From positions 57,802,042 to 57,858,212 of the forward strand of contig NC_057718.1 of NCBI RefSeq assembly GCF_004010195.1: 56,171 nt of DNA, written 5' to 3'. Both the position numbers and the translations under genes were made by a program. Under the pieces are notes generated by a model, which saw only the letters and a program-made list of their open reading frames with translations, was not told the origin of the DNA and ran no database searches. Below, in pieces: positions 10,690 through 24,954 of the stretch (position 1 is the first letter of the stretch; each line of letters starts with the position of its first letter). This DNA comes from Chiloscyllium plagiosum. Its lineage: Eukaryota.

Positions 10690-13476
10690 CGTGTTGAACA
10701 AATTGCTGTGTTGTAAATTGAAACAGTTATGATACGATAGGGCAGCTCAGTGACATGGAATGGCTGTCCTATGGAATGTGTGGAGTCATGGACACTTCTG
10801 GTGAACTTATCGAACCCACCAGCAGGAAGTGTCACCGTTACATAAGCTTGAGCTCTGGATTTCAGAGCTTGAACAGCAACTCGAGTCAACAAAGTGCATC
10901 TGCGAGGCAGAGGCCCACATGAATAGAATGGTGTGCACACTGCAAACTAGGGACAAACAGATAGACAGGGAATGTATGACCACCAAGCAATTCATGGGAA
11001 AAAGCAGGTAGGGAAGGAGTGGCTGCTCACTGACTGGCTTTCTGTTCTGCACACTGGAGAATGTGATGAATGCTTGGAGGAATGCCACAAAACCCAAGCC
11101 CTTGGCATCACAGAGTGATCCAGCAGCGCAGGAGTGAAGAAGAGATGAGTCTTTAGGTTGGGGAACACAAAGATATTTCTTGGGCTGTCAACATGACTCC
11201 AGAATGTTATGCTGCCCCCTGTGGGGGGACAAGGATGTCACAAAATTGTTACAGGACACACTTTTGGCTGAAGGCAAACAGGTAGAGACCATGGTCAATG
11301 ACATCAGTAGGAAGTTAAAAATTACACAACACCAGATTATAGTCCGACAGACCTGACAAAGGAGCAGCGCTCCAAAAGCTTGTACTTCCAAATAAACCTG
11401 TTGGACTATAACTTGGAGCTGTGTAATTTTTAACTCTGTCCTTCCCAGTCCAAAATCGGCGCCTACACATCATTGGTAGGAAGAGGAATGTTGTCCTGAA
11501 ATTAGAAACGAGGGAGTTAGGTAGAAAATTAGCAAGCAGAACGTCAAAAGTAGCAATTTCAAAATTACTCCAAGGCCACGTGCAAGTGAATACAGAAATT
11601 GAAAGATAAGACAGATGACAGCATGGCTGAAAATTTAGTGCAACAAGGAGGGCTATAGAGTCCTTGGATTGGCACCTGGATGGCTGGTGGGGAGGTTAGT
11701 CACACTAACTCAGCAGCAGTGTGGGAACCAGGAGATACTATTAGGTTGCATGGAGAGGCTGAAAACACTGGAATAGAGATATTAGTCAGTGGAGTCAGCG
11801 TAAGGGAGAAAGAAATGAATTCTAAATGAGCATTACACTGCCTGTATGTGAATGGACAGAGTTTAATTAATAGAATTGAGGAGTTACAGGCACAGGTTGC
11901 CGTGTTGAGATTATGATGTGGTGATAATGGAGACATGGCTCAAGGAAGGGCAGGCCTGTGTTTTAAATATTCCTGGCCCCAGGATGTTCAGAAAAGATAG
12001 GATAGGTAAAGAAAAAGTAAGGAGGGGTGGTGTTTTTGATTAAGGACAATCTTGCAACACTGGAGAAAATGGATGTTTCAGAGTTCAAGGACAGAATAAA
12101 TTTGTAGGAATAAGAAAGATACAGTGACATTGTTTGGTGTAATCTAATGACCACCACGAAGTGGGAAGAATAAACAGCATTGAAGAATAAACAGAATAAA
12201 CAGAGGAATAAACAGCATTGAAATTCAGAAAGGTGCAAACATCGTAGACTGGTTATAATGGGAGACTTTAATTACTCAAATATAGATCGGGATAATTGCA
12301 GTGGGGGATAAGTGTTCTAGATTGCATCCAGGAGAATTTACAACAGTATTATGTGTCCAGTCCAACAAGAAAAGGAGACATTGCCAGACCTGGTTCTTAG
12401 AAATGATGTGGGCCAAATCAATCAAGTGAAAGTGCAAGAACATTTGGGGAAAGTGATCATTGTATCATAAGGTGATAGTAGAAAACAACATTGGTCAATC
12501 CAGAGAAAGAATAATCCGCTGACAGAAAGCTGGCCTCAGTGTAGCAAGAACAAAGTTGAGTCAGATAGACTGGAAGTGAAGATTGGTGGGGGATAAAAAA
12601 TAATAGTTGAATATATGTTATATTCAAAGAGGTTTGTAGTGGAGATCCCCAGCTGATATTATTATCTAAGTCCTGGCATGTGGGAATCTGGGGGAGGCAG
12701 TTTCAAAGTCTGTGAATGATATGAAACTTGGATAATTATAAACAATGAGCAGGATAATATAAAACTTCAAAACCAAATTGCCAAGTTTATAGATAGCCAA
12801 TGTGGTTCAGTGCAGAAAAGTTTCAAGTGATGTACTTTGGTCCAAAGAACATGGAAAGACACTTTAAAATAAAGGGGCTATTCTGAAAGGAGTGCAGGAG
12901 CATAGAAACCTGGGTGTATATGTGCATGGGTCATTAAAGGTGGCAAGGGCTGTGGAAAAAAACAAAGTATTCTAGACTTCATAACCAGGAGTTTAACTTT
13001 CAAGAGCAGGGAGATTATGTTAAAGTTATATCAGATATTGGTTAGACCTCAGCTGGAATACTGTGTACAGTTCTGGATGCCACATTTTAGGAAGGATATA
13101 ATTGCATTGGAGCGAGTACACTAGAGGTTGACAAGACTAGTTCCAGGGATGAGAAACATCAGTTATGAGGTTAGATTGGAAAGGTTGGCACTGTTTATCT
13201 TGGAGAGACGAAGACTGAGGAGAGATTTCAGAGACATTTTTATAATTACGAAGGGTCTGTACAGTATAGATTGGGAGAAAATGTCTCTACTCATAAAAGA
13301 ATCAAGAACCTGAGGTGCAGTTTTAAATGTTTAGCAAATGTGAGGTGAGAAAAGCTTTTTCACACAGAGAGCTGTTTGGATTTAGAATGCACAGCCTAGG
13401 TGTGTGGTGATGACAAGCTCATTTGAGGCGTTCAAGGGGTTTTTGGTGATTATTTAAATAGAAACAATTGGCAGAA
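10690..13476 (+). mobile_element. Old, long CR1 LINE (ORF1 relic, endonuclease, internal deletion, RT C-terminus)
   Basis: LHKLELWISELEQQLES coiled coil (ORF 10829); gagacatggct (ETWL) near 11930; atgggagactttaat (MGDFN) near 12258; ORF 13128 TRLVPGMRNISYEVRLERLALF. Confidence 0.8.
11315..11470 (+). mobile_element. PLE terminus (second family) with inverted arm, inserted in CR1 ORF1
   Basis: 11312-11350 is the imperfect reverse complement of 11398-11435; decayed hammerhead ctgacaaaggagcagcgctccaaaagctt; gtaggaag duplicated at 11307-11314 and 11476-11483. Confidence 0.75.
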
Positions 13477-13477
13477 T

Positions 13478-14270
13478 CTAATAGGGGCCTAGATGTGGCA
13501 TGACCAGAGCCTTATACTGCCTCAAAGCTATATTTCTGCTTTTGTATTCTAGAGGTCTTGAAATGAATGCTAACATTGCATTTGCCTTCCCAACTACCAA
13601 TTCAATCTGCATGTTAACCTTAACAGAATCCTGAACTAGCTCCTTCCCAACCAGGAACCTATCTATCTCAGTCTTAAATACACTCAATTACTTGACCTCC
13701 ATAGCCTTCTGCGGCAATGAGTTTCACAGATTCACCACCACCTGCCGAAAGAAATTCCTCCATATCTCAGTTCTAAAGGGTCTTCCTTCAAACTGTCGCT
13801 GTGCTCTTGTGTTCTAGTCTCTCCGAGTAGTGGAAAGATTTTCTCCACACCCACTCTATGCAGTCCTGACTGTATTCGGTAAGTTTCAATGAGATCTCAT
13901 TCTTCTAAACTCCATTGAGTACAGACCCAGAGTCCTCAACTGCTCCTCATATGACAAGCCCTTCATCACTGGGATCATTCTTATAAACCTCCTCTAGATC
14001 CCCTCCAACGCTAATGCATCCTTCCTTAAATGTGGGACCCAAAACTGCTCACAATATTCAAAGCTTGGTCTGACCAGACACTTATACAACCCCAGCAATA
14101 CATTTCTGTTCTTGGAGAATGCAATCATTATATTTACCTTCCTAAAATGAACTTGCATGTTTACCTTAAGAGAATCCTGAACTGGGACTCCTAAGTCCCT
14201 TTGTGCTTTAGATTTCGGAAGCCTTTCCCCATTTAGAAAATAGTCTATATTTATATGATCACTACCAAAC
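13478..14270 (-). mobile_element. Two adjacent CR1 ORF2 C-terminal fragments
   Basis: ORF 13994..14272 QRDLGVPVQDSLKV...LVRPSFEYCEQFWVPHLRKD; ORF 13478..13687 KANAMLAFISRPLEYKS. Confidence 0.9.
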
Positions 14271-16029
14271 ACAGTTCACAAATCACCCTTGAGCAAAATC
14301 GTCTATCTTACTCAAGTGATTATTGCCTCAACTTACTATTTTTAGTTGGTGAATAATCTTTCATCTTACTATACATGACTGAATGTGTTGTTTAATGACA
14401 CAGAAGATAAAATGTGTAATATTATTTCTGTGAAGTTGAACACTAAAATTAAATTTAAGTCTACTGTTTACACTTCTGAAAATAAACTATTGAAATATGC
14501 TGTGCCTCTCAATTATGAATAAGGAAAGGGCTGTAATGTATTGAAAATTGCATTGTGTACTTTGTCCACTTCAGGTTACTATACAACAGAAAAGGGAGTC
14601 TGGAAAGAGAGTAAAGAAATCCAGTACTTTAGCAGTATCAACAATTCTGCTTCTTACTAAGTTTCCATCCTATAAACTTTGTTATAATACAAAAGTTTGA
14701 GATAATAAACACATTTGCCTGAATGCGTCAACAGGAATAGGGGGTTTACTGGGACTGTGAAAATGATCATGTTTAATGATAAACATTTTTGTCCTGGGAG
14801 TTTATTCACACACAGCCTGGAGGGGGCAGGGAAGGTGAAGGAGTTTTGCTCATATTTTCCATAATGCAATGTGGTAACTGCTTGAAAAAATAGGTATTAT
14901 GATTTGGATTTTAACAACTTTCAAGGTGTGCTAGGTGCTTGACTTTATCCAGTACTGCAATCAGGCTTTTGAAAGTTTTAATGAAAACATGATTGTTTAT
15001 TTTCTGCATGAAAGGAATGCACCTAAAACTCAAAACAGCATAGCTTTTTATGTATAAGGTAGAGAAAGTTAATACATAGAACAATATAATTGATGGATTA
15101 CAATTGGAATGTTCATATATTCATTTATTTTGATGCAAGTCTCTTCAGATTTCTCTTCTATTGGTTTAAGTGTTTTCATAAATATCTAAGCTGCACATTG
15201 AAAGTTTGCTTAAAAATATCTCTGCTGGTTTCTTTTTGTTCTCATATTTAGCCCAGCAGTTCTTTTATAATTGGTTAACATGGAGAGGTTTGGCATCAAA
15301 GAAACCGCTGGCATCACAAACATGCTTCTGTTTAAAAATGATAAGCAATGTCTCCGTGAATAGAGGTTCAATTCTTGCTTTGTGCTGTACTGGCTGATCT
15401 CAGAACTGGCTAATTGTTGGAGAGAAAAGATATACACTATTGGTTCTTAGTATGTAGTGACACCTGGTGGAAAGAGTTTGTCATTGAATGGCCAATAAAT
15501 GCTGGCCCAGCCAACAACACCCATATCTCATGAATGATTAATAAAAAAGATAGTTAGAACAAAATAGTAAAACCAAAATGTTATGAACATCATGCATGTT
15601 TACCATGTTGTAACTTAATATAGTTCACAGTGTCTCCTTTTAATTTGAATGATTCAAGCCATAGCAGACTAACTTTTGTTTAAACAGGTTAAAGACAAAA
15701 GAATATTTACAAGAAGAAAGTCCCAGGAAGTCTTTACTGTTTATAGTTGGGGCCCATTGCTTGAATTTCTTGCTGTTAGCACAAACACAAGTCAGATCTA
15801 CCATTTGTGATGGTTTCTGCAGTTGAAGAGTTAATGTTATTTTGTTTATGCTGACCAGCAGGGCAGATAATCTAGGAGAGAGATAAACGTTCTTGTTCTT
15901 CACCAGTTCTATGATTTTGGCAATTTCACATTCCCTGACTTTGCTTCAACAGAAGAACATTTGGATTTTGGATATCTTTTCCCTCTGTCCTCTGTCATGC
16001 AAAGCTCCCCAACGAGGGATGGTTACATG

Positions 16030-18580
16030 TGAACATGCGAATTAAAAGCAGGGGACAACCCTTGAGTTCCAGAAGCTTGCTCTGCCATCCAGGCTGACCT
16101 GACTATGGATTCAGGATTGGTTAAAAAAGACTGCCTTGTCTCTATCTGACTTGACAGACCTTTTGTTTTTTATTGAAAAGAAAAATGTTTTTGGGTTTTT
16201 TTTTACAAATTTACAACATTAATATAAAATAGTGTAACCACTTTACAGTATAATAACAGCATCGATATAAATAAAGAAAACAAACTACTAATCTACTCAA
16301 CAAACTACCAAAACACAAAGCAAGATATAAGAAAAAAAGAACTCTGTATTAAAAAACTACAATACAGTACGTAACTTACAAAAAAAGAAGATAAATAAAT
16401 AAATAAGCATTCAAAATAAAATTCTATCAATTCATAACAAGAGCTGTATTTATATGGGATTCTTCCTCCCAGGGGCCCCAAAACCAACAAACGTCATCCT
16501 CTCGGCTAAACAAGGGCCCTAGATAGTATGGCCGATACATCTGCATTGGTGTAGCTCAAGAAGGACTGCCATGTTCTATAAACAATTCCGTTTTTTAGTG
16601 CACCATGTTCGTAAGGAAGTCCAGGGGAAAATGTTCCATAGCTATCCAAGCAAATTCGAAAGTCCTGGAGGATTTTTCTGATACCCAGCTTGCTAAAATG
16701 TTTTTCCTCGCGCAAAAGGAAAGGATAGTACCTAGCTTCTTCCCGTATGCATGTAGAGAAGGAAGAATTGGAAGGCCCAAGAGGAGAGACACCAGGTCTA
16801 ACCCAATCTCCGTTCCCAAAATCTTTGCCAAGGCATTCGCTACACTGTGCCAGTATCTATGGATCTTATGGCATGTCCACAGACAATGAGTGAGGGTACC
16901 AACTTCTATATTACATTTAGGGCACACTGGGGACACTCCTGCCTTAAACTTTGCAAGCCGCTCTGGTGCTATATGGACCCTATGAAGTATCTTCAATTGA
17001 ATAACTTGAGTCCTATTACAGATACACATCTTCTTTGCATTTTCCCAGACATCCTCCCTCATCTCTAAGGAGATTTCCATCCCTCATTCTTGAGTCCAGG
17101 TTTTATATAACCGTTCCATGTCCTTCGATACCTTATTACTGATCGAGTGATAGAGTACTGACTGAGGGTGTGCCCATCTTTTTTTGAATGAAGGTCCTTG
17201 CTGGGCAACCTGAACTTCTGACGTAACTGTTCGAAGGACATCATGACCTCCCCATCTAATCGATCTTCCAAACAGGAGATACCTCTGGACACCAAACTTT
17301 AAATCCAGCATCTATCGAACCTGGCTGAAATCCCAACATTCCCACTATCAGAGTAAAGGGGGAGTTTTTTTGTAGATTATCCTCACCCTGTCGAATCATC
17401 CTCCAAGCTTTGATTGTGTTTAGAACAATCGGGCTTTTACAATGATCCATGACAGTTCTCATCTTACCCATAAATAATAAATTGGTGAGGGGGCATTTTG
17501 CTTGGGAAACCTTGGATATCCAACCAAATTGATTGCGGAACACGAGAGGCCCAATCAGCCGCATATGATAGCAGCAAGCTTAGTTGGTATTTCCTAAAAT
17601 CCGAGAAATCTAGACCTCCCCTTTCTTGTGGGAGCTGCAATTTATCTAATTTAATAAGGGGCCATCTATGATTCCAAACAAAGGAACTGAGCAAACCATA
17701 AAGCTTACACAATGCCTGTCTCAGCAACATCAAAGGAAGGATTCTCATAGGGTATAATAGGTGAGGGAGAACATTCATCTTGACCAGAGCTATTCTTCCT
17801 AACCAGGATATCGGGAGATCTTCCCAGTGTTGAAGGTCCTGCCTTATTTTCTCTAATGGATGCGTATAGTTAGCTTTACATAGCTGACCAAATACCGGGG
17901 TGACCTTTTGTTTTTAAACAGTGACCTCACCCCTACCCTGGTTCTCGATTCTTCCACAAGAAGAAATATCCTTTCCATATCAATCCTGTCAAAACACTTC
18001 AGGGTCTTCTATGCTTTAGGGTATATATGCTTCACCTGTTCAATCGTTCCTCATAAGTCAACCTGCTCATTCCAGGTATATATCTGGTAAAGCTTTTCAG
18101 AACTGTATCCAATGCAATTATATCTTCATAACTGAGGATACCAACTCTGAACACAATACTCTAGACGTGGTCTCACCCATGATCTGTGCAACTGAAGCAG
18201 AACTTCCACATATTACCTTGTTCCCCTCTTAATAAATTATCACATTTTATCAGCTTTCTTATATGCTGTATCTACATTCTAACTTTTCGATAGTCATGTG
18301 CCAGAACATGTAAATCCCTCTACACCTGAGCTCTGCAATTTCTCACCCTTTAGATGATATGCTTCTTGTTATTTTTAATGTCAAAAACGGCAATTTCGCA
18401 TTTTCCTACATTATACTCCATTTGCTACATCTTTGCCTACTCACTGTCTATATCCTTTTGCACCCTCCTTTTGTCTCTTCACACTTATTTTCCAATCGAT
18501 CTTTGTGTCATCAGCAAATTTCTCAATCAAACCTTTTCATAAATTGTAAAAAGTTGAGTCTCCAGCATTGAAACCTGTAC
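16030..18580 (-). mobile_element. Old CR1 fragment split by the L1 insertion (16030-16156 and 17916-18580)
   Basis: CR1-like text either side of the L1: tttttaaacagtgacc...ctggttctcgattc; cacaatactctagacgtggtctcacc; tgtgtcatcagcaaat (FADDT). Confidence 0.6.
16171..17901 (-). mobile_element. 5'-truncated L1-clade LINE with 14-bp TSD
   Basis: ORFs 17464..17778 (MNVLP..LQLPQERGGLDF) and 16595..17080 (CPKC..GTLTHCLWTC zinc knuckle); A-rich tail; gaccttttgttttt at 16157-16170 and 17902-17915. Confidence 0.92.
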
Positions 18581-19279
18581 TTTAACATGCATTACTTTGT
18601 GAAGTTCTGTACAGTTACATTTCAAAACAGTGATATGTTAAATTTGAGAAGTCAACTGTTCCTCAAAGTAAAAGAAGTCAACTATGCTGAGTCCCTTTTG
18701 ACATTCTTCTTGCTGTTTGCTGTTTCTCTCCAAAACTTCAATTCTCACATCTCCACTCTCTTTGCAAACTCCTGGCTTTTCAAGAGTTCTTACATGTCTG
18801 GTCATGTTACTTTGCAATCACTCAGAACTTGTTAGCAGTACAGTCAGATCACTTGTCAGATTTTAAAAAATATATATTATTTTGCCTGCTTAGATTCAAA
18901 TTATTACTTTACCACAATCTGTAAGTTATAATTGCTTTGCCCAGACAAATATTAAAGATGTAAAATCTCACAAATTTGTAGGCATAATGAAAAATGGAGC
19001 AAAAGTAGACTAAATGAGAAATAGGCTGTTGAAACAATTTCTAGATTGTGATCTAAATGATGTAATTTATGAATTTTTCAATACCGTTTATTTGCAAGTT
19101 TGGATTCTTTTTAGGTTTGCAATATAGGTTTTCTGTGTGTCTGAAGTTAATAATTAATTTCTATGTACTTCTGCATCCATGGTGATTTCTTTTAAAGTAG
19201 ATTTTGAGGATTCATGTTAGAATTAATGTTTGTTTTTTGGACAGAGCTAATGGATTGTTGTTACTTTAGATTTTTTTTT

Positions 19280-20650
19280 GACCCAGCGTAACTATAGGTC
19301 GATTAGTCTGACCTCAGTCTCTGGTAAGATTTTAGAGTTCATTATTAAGGAACAAATTGCAGAGTACTTGAAAGTGCTTGGTAAAATAGGGCTAAATCAG
19401 CATGGCTTCATCAAGGGAGGTTATGCCTGAAAAATCTGTTAGAATTCTTGAAATAATAAACATGTTAGACAAAGGAGAGCCAGTGGGTGTGATCTATTTG
19501 GATTTCCAGAAGATCTTTGACAAGGTGCTGCATGGGAGCCTGCTAAAAAAACATTAGAACCCATGGTGTTCAGGGCAAGGTGCTGGGATGGATAAAGAAT
19601 TGGCTGACTGGCAGAAGGCAAAGAGTGGGGATAAAGGAGTCTTTTTCAGGATGGCAGCAAGTGACAAGTGGAGTTCTGCAGTGATCAGTGCTGAGACCAC
19701 AGCCACTCATGTTATACATTAACGATCTAGATGACGGAGCTGAGGGCACTGTTGCTATGTTTGCAGATAACACAAAGATAGTTGGAGGGACAAGCAGCGT
19801 TGAGGAAATAGAAAGGATGCAGAAAGATGAGGAGAGACAAGGAGAGTGGGAAATGAAGTGGCAGATGGAATACAACGTGGGAAAGTGTAAGATTATGCAT
19901 TTGGTAGTAAGAACAGTGATGTAGACTATTTTCTAAATGGTGAAAAGCTTTAGAAATTGGAAGGACAAAAAGGCTTGGGAGTTCTAGTTCAGGATTCTCT
20001 TAAGGTTAACATACAAGTTCAGTTGGCAGTACGAAAGGCAAATGCAATGATTGTAGTTATTTTGAGAGGCTTGAATACAAGAGCAGAGATGTACTGCTGA
20101 GGTATTATAAGGCTCTGGTCAGACTGCATTTGAAATATTGTGAGCAGTTTTGGGCTCTGTATCTAAGGAAGGATGTGCTGCCATTGGAAGGGTTACAAGA
20201 ATGATGCTGGACCTGGAGGACTTGTCATATGAGGAATGGTTGAGGACTCTAGGTCTGTACTTGATGGAGTTTAGAAGGATGACAGGGGGATCTGATTGAA
20301 ACCTTACCGTATACTGTGAGGCCTAGATAGAGAGGAACATGGAGAACATATTTCCACTAGTAGGAGAGACTAGGACCGAGGACATAGCTTCAGACTGAAG
20401 GGGTAACTCTTTAGAACTGAGGTGAGGAATTTCTTCCACCAGAGGGTGGTGAATCTACAAAACCCATTGCTGCAGAGGGCTGTGGAGGCTAAGGTAATGA
20501 GTGTATTTAAGACAGAGATCGGTTCTCCATTGATAAGGGGATCAAGGATTATAGGGAGAAGGCAGAGGTTGAGAAACTATCAGACATAAGTGAATGGCGG
20601 AGCAGACTCAATGGACCAAAAGGTCTAATTCTACCCCTTTATCTTATGGT
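19280..20650 (+). mobile_element. 5'-truncated CR1 LINE (RT to 3' UTR)
   Basis: ORF 19688 LYINDLDDG...MFADNTKIVG; gtgatctatttggatttccag (VIYLDFQ); CR1 3' UTR ending tcttatggt. Confidence 0.92.
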
Positions 20651-21427
20651 TGTATAACATTGTAAATAACAGGGTGACTAGGTCTGAAAGAGATTTATGC
20701 AATTTCTTTTAAGGCTAAGGGAAACACCCTTGAAAAGAGAAACTCTTTTTTTTAATGGTTTGCTTTGTCTTTTGAGCAGCTCTGTAAAGTCCTTGGATGA
20801 AAATAGCTGCATAAATCCATGTCCCTGAGAAAGGAATGATATAGTGAACTGGGATAATGTAGAGAGGAGAATTAGTGTTAGTCCCAGACCAGTAATATTG
20901 AGATAAAACCCTGAAGAGGTTACTTAAAACTAAATATGTCTTAAACTCAATTGTGTAATAGTTCCAGAAAGAAGTGATGTGATGTTCCAGTTAAACACAA
21001 CTGACTTAAACTTATTGAAGTGTTAGTGATATGGATTTTGGTGTGAGTATTGTATGAGTGGTGTTTTGGGGTATTATGTAAGATGTGTTTTTGATTACCG
21101 AAACAGTGTATGTTTTAAGCACTATACTAAAACTATTTTACCTTCATATTTCAATTTATATAGGAGTGTTTTGTGTTAGTGAATACTTTACCTATGTGTT
21201 TAAAACCTATGAATTTGTGTTATAAGTTGATGGTTTGATTTATTCTGCATTTCCTTTGCTAATAAACTTCTGTTTTATTGTTAAAATAAAATCTGCAACA
21301 TTACATGCTTATGGTTCATGAAAAGACCACTTTGTTAAAATCGAAACAAAACGAATCATGATCTATTAAGCCAGGTTTCAAACTGGGGTCTGACTTATTC
21401 AGTAATAACATCAGTGGGGACTGTAAC
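20651..21427 (+). mobile_element. Probable solo LTR
   Basis: Begins TGTA and ends gactgtaaCA, with aataaa at 21260 and 21285; no coding motifs. Confidence 0.45.
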
Positions 21428-22189
21428 AAAATTTGAAAGCAAACATATTTGAAAATTCAAAGCAGTAGCCATCAATGCCTTTCAAGACTTAACAACATTA
21501 AATGGATAAGTGGTGGATAGGATGCTGTGAGATATCAGTGCATAATATTAAATTATTTATTGCAAAGTACAAAAATGACATTCTAGACAATAAATAGTGA
21601 TGGCAATGTTAGTTTAGATTTTCAAATATGAATGTATCATAACATAGTACCTTTCATGTTGCTTGATTCAAAATAATGATGGGGGAAGTATCCAGTTGAT
21701 TTAAATCATAAAGCAACAATGCACATGTTAAATTGTTACATTTTGTAGAGATTAGCACTGTTAATTAACCTCACACTGAGTGAAGTGAATACAAATGCTA
21801 TTCTCTAAAGATGTCAGGCCAAATGAGCATTTATCACAAGTTGGTGCTTATATGGATAACTTAAACACTTAAAAAGTGATGTTTCCTCATACCACCATAC
21901 AGATTGGATGTGTAAAATTAAACTTCCATGCACCACTTTATTCTAAAGGAATAATTTGGACATTTAGATAAATCTGTAGCTCATACAGATCAAACCACAA
22001 TTATCTTCTGAAAACTGCTGGTTATATAAATGATAAGAATAAGGGAAGACCTATCAGAAGAAAAATTGTTTCATATAACTCAACATTCTAAGTTTTTCAG
22101 GTGAAGTCAGAAATAATATGAACTATTAGTATTTATCCAATATTATTACCGTGAAAAAAATGCAAAGGTAAAAAACAGAGAGGGCAGAA

Positions 22190-22760
22190 AAAGCTAAATG
22201 AAATTGATAAGCAAACAGATATCAAGTCTTAAAGTGAGAGATTAAGAGGAGTGACCAAACGTACAATGAGAGAAATGTGCTTTGGAAGATTTCTAAATTT
22301 AAGGAGGAGGGGTAGAGAAGTTTCAATGAATAGGAAAACCATGATTGCAGACTGTGCCACCAAGGGTATTGTAAAGGGATGGGGTTAGGCATATGATTGC
22401 TGAAAGGAAATTGATGAGATAACATAGGCTGAGCTCACTCAAGGTTGAGGGCCTAAAGTTGAGCATTTCAGATTGAATGTGATTGTGAGTCTCAGAGCCA
22501 GTATGGGCCAATAAAGAAGTGAGGAGGAGTGGAGATTTGGCAAGTGGTATTTTGTACAGATGGGATATGGGTTGTTAAATTTAGGCACAGCTGGAGTTTA
22601 TGACAGGAAAGCAACATAACATCATTAAAGTTGCTGGTTTGGAATTTCTAGTGCCCTTCTTTCTGGTATGAAGGCAGTGGAGTAGAAACAGGACTGAACA
22701 TTGCCTTAAGATGCAGGGTCCATCCCAGATTTCAAATAGAAGGCCATTTATATACCTCTG
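22190..22760 (-). mobile_element. Highly decayed L2-like RT fragment
   Basis: Minus translations NFLSAII...TLGGTV and WFSYSL resemble the L2 DLSAAFD...G..L.WF.SYL region. Confidence 0.4.
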
Positions 22761-23071
22761 ATAGGCTGCTAGAGCTTCAAGGGCCATTAACAGCATTCAT
22801 TCCAATTTGAAGTGGTTGTAAAACCAATTTTTAAAAAAGGCTCCAGATCCCAATGGGAAATTGGTAATCTCTTCCATGATTAGTTATTCAATTTTACTAA
22901 AGGTTTTAAGCCTTCCGAATGCTTTAAAGGATTTCTGCCTGGTCTCAACTGTTATTCAGGAGTTTAGGATAGTTCAAGACCAGTAGCTGAATGGATAAAT
23001 GTGAATCAATGCCTTTCTGAAATAATGTGCAATACTACTTTTACTAATTTATATTTCTAACTTTTCCCAAT

Positions 23072-23195
23072 TCCAATGAAGAGTCAAGGTCTGAAACATA
23101 AATGGTTTCTTTCCCCATAGATGCGGCCAAACTGTTGTGTATTTCCAACATGTTCTTTTTAAGATTTCCAGCACATGTACTATTTTGATTTTGTG
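23072..23195 (+). mobile_element. Very old PLE terminus
   Basis: aatgaagagtcaaggtctgaaac...ccatagatgcggcc...tatttccaaca...gatttccagca resembles the right arm of 8420-8650. Confidence 0.4.
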
Positions 23196-24954
23196 TTCGT
23201 GTTTAATTCACTGTCAGTTAGCTTTCAGGAAAGCCCGCTCTGAAGCGATTTTGCTTTCTTCCCTGATGGGTTTTCCTTTGGACTCTTCCACCATATTTAT
23301 CTTCTTTATTTCTTTTTTATTTCTTGCCTTTGATCTACCAAAACTCACTTTCATTGCCATATTTTCTTCTTGAATAACTATTCCCAGTTCCAAATACTCC
23401 CTAGCATGTTCCAAATGAAATTTTACTCTCTTTTCTAGATCCAGTCACTAATACATATTGATTCTATCTACCATATTTACTGACTCAATTTCTCTCTCTA
23501 CAGATACTGACAGATTTGTTGAGTAATATCAATATTTTCTTACTAAATATGAGACACAAAAAAAACACTTAATTGTATTATTAACCAGGATATCCAGGTT
23601 CTGAACACACACACACACACACTCATTATTCTGTTGTACAGATAGTAAGCTTAATGAACAATTGCTGAGGTTGATTTTTGATTTCAAAACATTTTTAATA
23701 TTTTGTTTCTCTTTGTAGGACATTATGCTACACCTGTTTTCACACTGGCCTGATGGGTTCCATCAATGTTCTGCTTGAATAACATCTTTATATTTGAGGA
23801 GCATTTTTACCAACCAACCAGCTGTGAATAATTTCATGTACATGGACCAAGGATCTCAAGTTACCTCATTTACCTGTCACATTTGAATTATTTCAATTAC
23901 TCTCTGATAGAGACCCCTGACTGATGAAGGTGGTAAATGTAAATGCTGCCTATTGCAATAAATTGCAATCACATTTGGTGCACAAGTGCATTTATTTTAT
24001 GTTGTCTCAATTCCCACAGGCCATACTGTCACAATCCCCTTGGCCATTGTCTCAAACGTTAGAAGTCTTTTTTTTCTGAACAAAACCCCATGTTCTATTA
24101 AAGCTTTGCAGTTTGTCAGTGGAATAACTGTACACTCATTCAGCATCATCACTGCACCCATTCTCTGAAATAAATTTGTCTCCTGCCCCTTTCTTCAGTC
24201 CTCCATTTTATGTACATTTTAAATTTTTGTATGAACGTTACATTTGAATCAGTTTCCATCAGCTTTTCAAACAATACAATCTGGATCATAACAGTTTGCT
24301 GAGGAAATAAACATTTAATCTTTCCCAGGGTTTTTTTTGCCATTTGTTTTAAACATGTCCCTTAAGGTGATGATCCCACTGCCAGTGGAAATAGTTTATT
24401 TGTATTGACTCTATTTGAATCCTTCAACATTTTTACCTTCTCTCTTAAAACTTCCCTAAAATTTAGTTGCTCTCAGGGGAAAAATCTCAGTTTCTCTAGT
24501 TTCCCTACATGATCAAGTCCGCTCATCCTTGGTTTTATTCCATTAAATGGCCTTTTCACCCTTTCTGAAGTGAAGTACGAAGAACTAAAATTTCAGACCC
24601 TTTAGCTAATGTTTAAACTATGATTTATAAAAGCTTGCCATAACTTCCTTGATTATATACATACCTCTAATTATAACGCCAATGATCCAGATGCTTTGTA
24701 CCAATTCTATCAAGCTACCTTGCCACCTTCACAGAATGTGAAAGCCCAGGCTTTTCCATTTCTGCATCTCCTTCAAAATGTTACAATTTAATTTATATCA
24801 CCTCTTGTTACTTTTACTTCCAACTGCAAAATTTCAACATCCCTCTGCATTTACTTTCAACTTGGGCCTGCTGATTTCACCTGTCTGATCTGAAGAATGC
24901 TAAATTCCTTCAGAATTGTACTTCATACACCCAAATCTAAACTATTTTTAAAAA

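Noticed and set aside
12167..12223. GAATAAACA short repeats
   Set aside because: Local slippage expansion inside a dead CR1, with no evidence of function.
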